DNA of 64,000 nt from Phoronis australis. Lineage: Eukaryota; Animalia; Phoronida. The stretch lies in the NCBI GenBank assembly GCA_002633005.1, contig NMRA01000004.1:1528049-1592048 (forward strand). The letters are read 5' to 3'. A model generated the notes under the pieces. The model saw nothing but the letters and a program-made list of their open reading frames with translations, did not search any database and was not told the origin of the DNA. Numbering within the stretch: the stretch's first letter is position 1; each line of letters begins with the position of its first letter. A program made the position numbers and the translations under genes. Below, piece after piece: positions 59,816 through 64,000 of the stretch.

Positions 59816-60509
59816 CTGAGAAAACAGGTGAAAGGCGATCTCAAAGATAATTTTCTTACATGTAGCTCCACAGACATGCGTGTGACGTATAAACGTACCC
59901 AGCTTGTTCCATTTCCAGCAACACCCGAGTTTCTTGTATGCCAGTTTCGTTTTCTCCGATGTCAATCGGGAAAGTGAAAATAGCCATAGAGTGGTCAAAG
60001 CATGTAACTGTTCCGGGGGCGAAGGGGTTGTATAAAGACACCAAAAATATACCGACGGAGCAGTATAAAGACAACAAAGGCCTAGCATGACAGCTGTTGC
60101 CGGCTTCATGCGAATCAAACTCTAAGGTGTTGCCATCCTGCCAGCGTCTCATTTCCGTAAGAAGAAGAACCTCATCAACCGCCTTCCAGGTCCTGCCGTT
60201 CGATCCATGTCCACATCAACCACAGCAAGGACAGGCGGCGAGATCCACCGATCTTGTGAAATTGTCCGAGGGCTTCGCCCTCATCTACTCTACTCGCTAG
60301 TACTAGTTTACAAAACAACCCAGAGTTTTCTGATATGCCGGAAGGTTCACTACTCCGATGCTTCACTACTTCGAAGGTTCGCCACCATCGGGACGGGTCT
60401 TGTTCACTACTACGGCAATTCACTACTTCGAATGTCCACAATTCCGAAACAACTCCGACATTTCATTTCTCTAACTATCTACTAATCAGTCGGAACTGAC
60501 ATGAATAAA

Positions 60510-60674
60510 TATAGACTATTGCATGGTGAAGTCGTTATGCCCCGTTATCTAGAGCCCGAGTTGATTTTTGAGAATTATCGCCCGAGGGACGTTAGCCCCG
60601 AGGACGATAATTCTCTATAATCCAAAAGGGCTGTAGATAAGTGGGCTAAGGATTGAGAAATGCAATAATCTATT
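60510..60674. mobile_element. Fully palindromic MITE (~165 bp)
   Basis: atagactattgcat / atgcaataatctat, ttatctagagccc / gggctgtagataa, gagaattatcg / cgataattctc. Confidence 0.75.
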
Positions 60675-63600
60675 CATACCACATACCTGTACATGTACTG
60701 AACGCGAAACATTAGGGATGAATACATGTAGATATACCTTTCTGGACTCGCCTCGGCTTTGTAACTACTTATTACATGTACATGTATGTCAGGCCCAGGA
60801 TCGGAGTTCGTGACCATTTAAGAAAAGCCGAGTTTTTTATTAAAATAATGTTTTTTTCTCAAAAGCAATTGAAAATTCAAACAAACAGGAATAAGATTTA
60901 GCAACCAGTCTAGCATAATTCACATTTTATCATGCTAAGCTTCGACCGGGAATACATCGTCTGCTAAACTGTGAATATATCGCGTGCTCATTTAAGTATT
61001 CTATTTTTATGCTCAATAACGTCAGTTGCTGACTGGTGCACTGGTAAAGTTGACGACCCAAAATTCTTACGGACCGGGTTCGAAACCGGCCTCGATTTCT
61101 CGCCAAACTGTTATTTAACACCGTTGAATAACTAAATGGGCTATTTAGTGGTTGTATTGGCCTTTCGAGGCTAATATCGTGGTTTTAAGTTGTTTTTCCA
61201 TTTAGTAACCAATTAAAGGGTGGCCAAAAGCTGGATTGTTCCTAAAACATCAATATTAATGTTTACCATAGAACTCAGTTCCAATCATCACTGCCAGTCG
61301 TGATGTAAGAATCTAACTGAACAACCAGGGACACTGGTTCCTGCTGTGGCCGCCAACTGCGGTTTTAAATTTAAGAAAACTGGGCGACACTTTGGAGAAG
61401 AATGACAGGGACAAGGTAGCCTACTAAATACATTTAGTTGCTACACAGCCGTGCGAGCAGTTTCGGTGTTTAAGAATGAGGTAAAGTGGCCATAAACATT
61501 TCAGTCAAACTGTGAGATAATGCGATCTGGACAAGGATTTGATAAATGTATCGCAGTTGATAATTTATCAAATATGTACCTACTTTGCATTCCTTTAAAA
61601 ATCCAAGTACGTACTCACTTTTACGTATTCGAAAGATATGCGGGCAATTTTTCATACATGAAATCCAAACAACGTGATTTATTAGCCGTGGTTATTTTAG
61701 GTACATGTACTTTGTGGGCGAATGAAAGATATACGTTATTAAAATTAACTAAAGGTATATTTCGTAAATTACTGCCGCCCTCTGTTTTCGTTTTTAAAAT
61801 GATCTTTTATATTAGCTCATAAACAATAAATTTGATTTTCGATCGGCAACTCGTTGTTACGCCGCTTGAAATTCAAATCAATTTTATATGCTTAATTCTG
61901 CTTTTTTGAAACAAATGATACATCGCAAGAGTCGTTGTATTCTGAATTCGAAATTCTGGCTGGGAGTTCACAGAAACTCTGACTGTCAGAGTTCTGGGTC
62001 ATGATTTTGAGGCTTTTTGAACCCCTTCTACACATATACTTCCCCATAAAAACTTAATTTCAGCAATAAATCAAACGTGCCATTTCCGATTCTGAAAATG
62101 ACTCATGATATAGATACTTTCTTCGTCATTATGACTTATAAGTCCAACATAATATTTGGCCATGTTCTCGCGCGGCATTCAGCCAAAAAGTCCATCAATT
62201 TTCTGTTTTGAGGTTATTTCGAGAACTGAAAGTGGAAACGAAACCACTTGTTACAATTTATGTTCCTATTCTAATAAGAATTTCACAGCTTAAAAACTAA
62301 TAACAACAGTCTAATAAAAAGCGCATACGTGAAGATTGGCCATCTTCAGGAAGATATTTTGTTTGTAATAAACCAAAAAGTCGGACATGGAGTTGTCAAT
62401 TTTTACGTCTACGCTGGTGATCAGGCTCTTGGTACTATTTTGGACAAAAAGCAACATCATTTGCAATAACGAACCTCTTCTTTCTTATGCTGGTTCAAAA
62501 AATCATTATCAGTGCTCAGTTAGATGTTATGATTATTGTGATTGTTGTTAGCTTGCCTTGAGAATTCAAATTCTTGAAACAAAGTGTATCAACATGATCT
62601 CTTCAGGTTCAAAGGAAGCGGAGCTCCAGAGGGGGCGTACACTGTACGTGTCACCTGATGGTTTGTCTCTGGTGCGAACCTTTGCCGCTTGTGACTTACG
62701 TCTTGTGGGCTACGAAACGCAGTATATCCGCTGTGTTTAATGCCCCATCTATCAAGGCTTTTGTTTAATTATGTGGGGACGTTTTCCTTCCAAACGTTAA
62801 GAAATGTTCATTGAGCGACTGACCGGACAATAACCCATTGGCGTGCACTCATCCTGCAGTCCCCGTAAGATGTCGTGATGGCAGACTCCGGTACAACAGA
62901 TGTACATTGTGCAGAGGATTTGCCAATATTTTTTCTAAGTCTGTCTACATTTTCACTCGTATCTACTCCTACATAAACCTCGGTCGCAACATATCGACAG
63001 TCCCCGTGACCGCTTTTCGGCTTGTTCGCTTATACATGTATTTGACTCGTATCGTGAATGTGGGACAAACGGCCAAGAATGGTTATGATTCACTGCGATG
63101 ACTCGCTTAACAAGGAACATATTTGACAAATGAAATTCACAGTCTCTGCGACATTTCCTGTTTCCTAATATAAACCGATTCTGGGAATATCGTTACTTTT
63201 CCAGCGCTTGTACTGAAAGCGGTCTGGGATAACTAAATGGTAACTTTACGCCATTGTATTGAAGCCTGCTTGTTAGTAATTTTTAGGACTCTAGACTTCC
63301 AAAGTGCCAAGATAACCTACATGTATACACTGTATATGTTAGCTATCCAACCAACGCATTTATACTGTAGACATACATGTATAACAGGAAATCTTGTATT
63401 TTCAGGTTCGCAGTCCGATTTGTGTCCGCGGTTCACTGCAGTCTCATATCCGCTCAAATGCCCGAGGACATCCGACAGCTCTTTAGCTACTAGGTGCTGT
63501 ACAAGGAAAGACTCACATGGACATCGGGTTGGAACATGTTGTGTACCGACTTATTGTACAAACGGTACACCGTCTCATTCATATGTCTTGTTGTAAACAC

Positions 63601-64000
63601 CCTCTAAACTTAGTCGTACAAGCATTCAGTAATCTGATCAAGATTATTAGCATGTGACTGAAAAATTAAAGTCCATACCGTAGACATCTTAATACCAGAG
63701 ACCGTAGAGAAGGAGACGTTTCACCTAGCGAAATCCTATTGGACGGCCACTGGCGACCATTGTTGTTCCATGGACCGTAGAGACGTCTAGCGGATGTGTG
63801 TGGGAAAAAAGGAATATGGCTGATACTCGTGGTCAGTGGTCACAGAGACAAGATATTTTATCTGATCATGTAGTTCATATAGATTTCCCATAGTTAATAC
63901 CTCTGAGGGTAGTGCTGTGTCAAGTAACTTCAAAACAAGATATGCCGGCTGCAGTCCCTAAAAAGAGGATCAGAGGAGCTTTTTGCGCTGCAGAAAAACC

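Noticed and set aside
59735-60485. Cluster of overlapping 67-127 aa ORFs as a gene
   Set aside because: No recognisable motif or splice structure; it overlaps the LTR end and short direct repeats (ttcactac...cgaa).

Overview
AT-rich eukaryotic genomic DNA from an animal, most likely a marine invertebrate (spliceosomal GT-AG introns, animal transposon families, a Sulf gene). There are two host genes. One is the intronless 3' part of an aldo-keto reductase (1-654, +). The other is a multi-exon extracellular heparan-sulfate 6-O-endosulfatase (Sulf1/Sulf2-type; about 18 coding exons, 20409-37366, +, about 760 aa reconstructed by hand), with a probable non-coding first exon and promoter near 13.2-13.4 kb. 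Most of the rest is mobile DNA: a 5'-truncated Penelope-like retroelement (RT + GIY-YIG) followed by a minimal hammerhead ribozyme, an RT-deleted HERO-like non-LTR element, several hAT-type elements/MITEs with 5-bp TSDs, a decayed CR1/L2 endonuclease, a deleted LTR element with TSD, palindromic MITEs, a tRNA-derived element, and a GC-rich 57-bp minisatellite whose unit carries a C-GCA-G triloop hairpin. Two local duplications split by single Ns look like assembly artefacts. I found no convincing wholly new biological system. The best leads are the ribozyme, the minisatellite with its neighbouring hairpin array, and the 5-bp-TSD hAT family. All calls were made by eye; no database searches were run.
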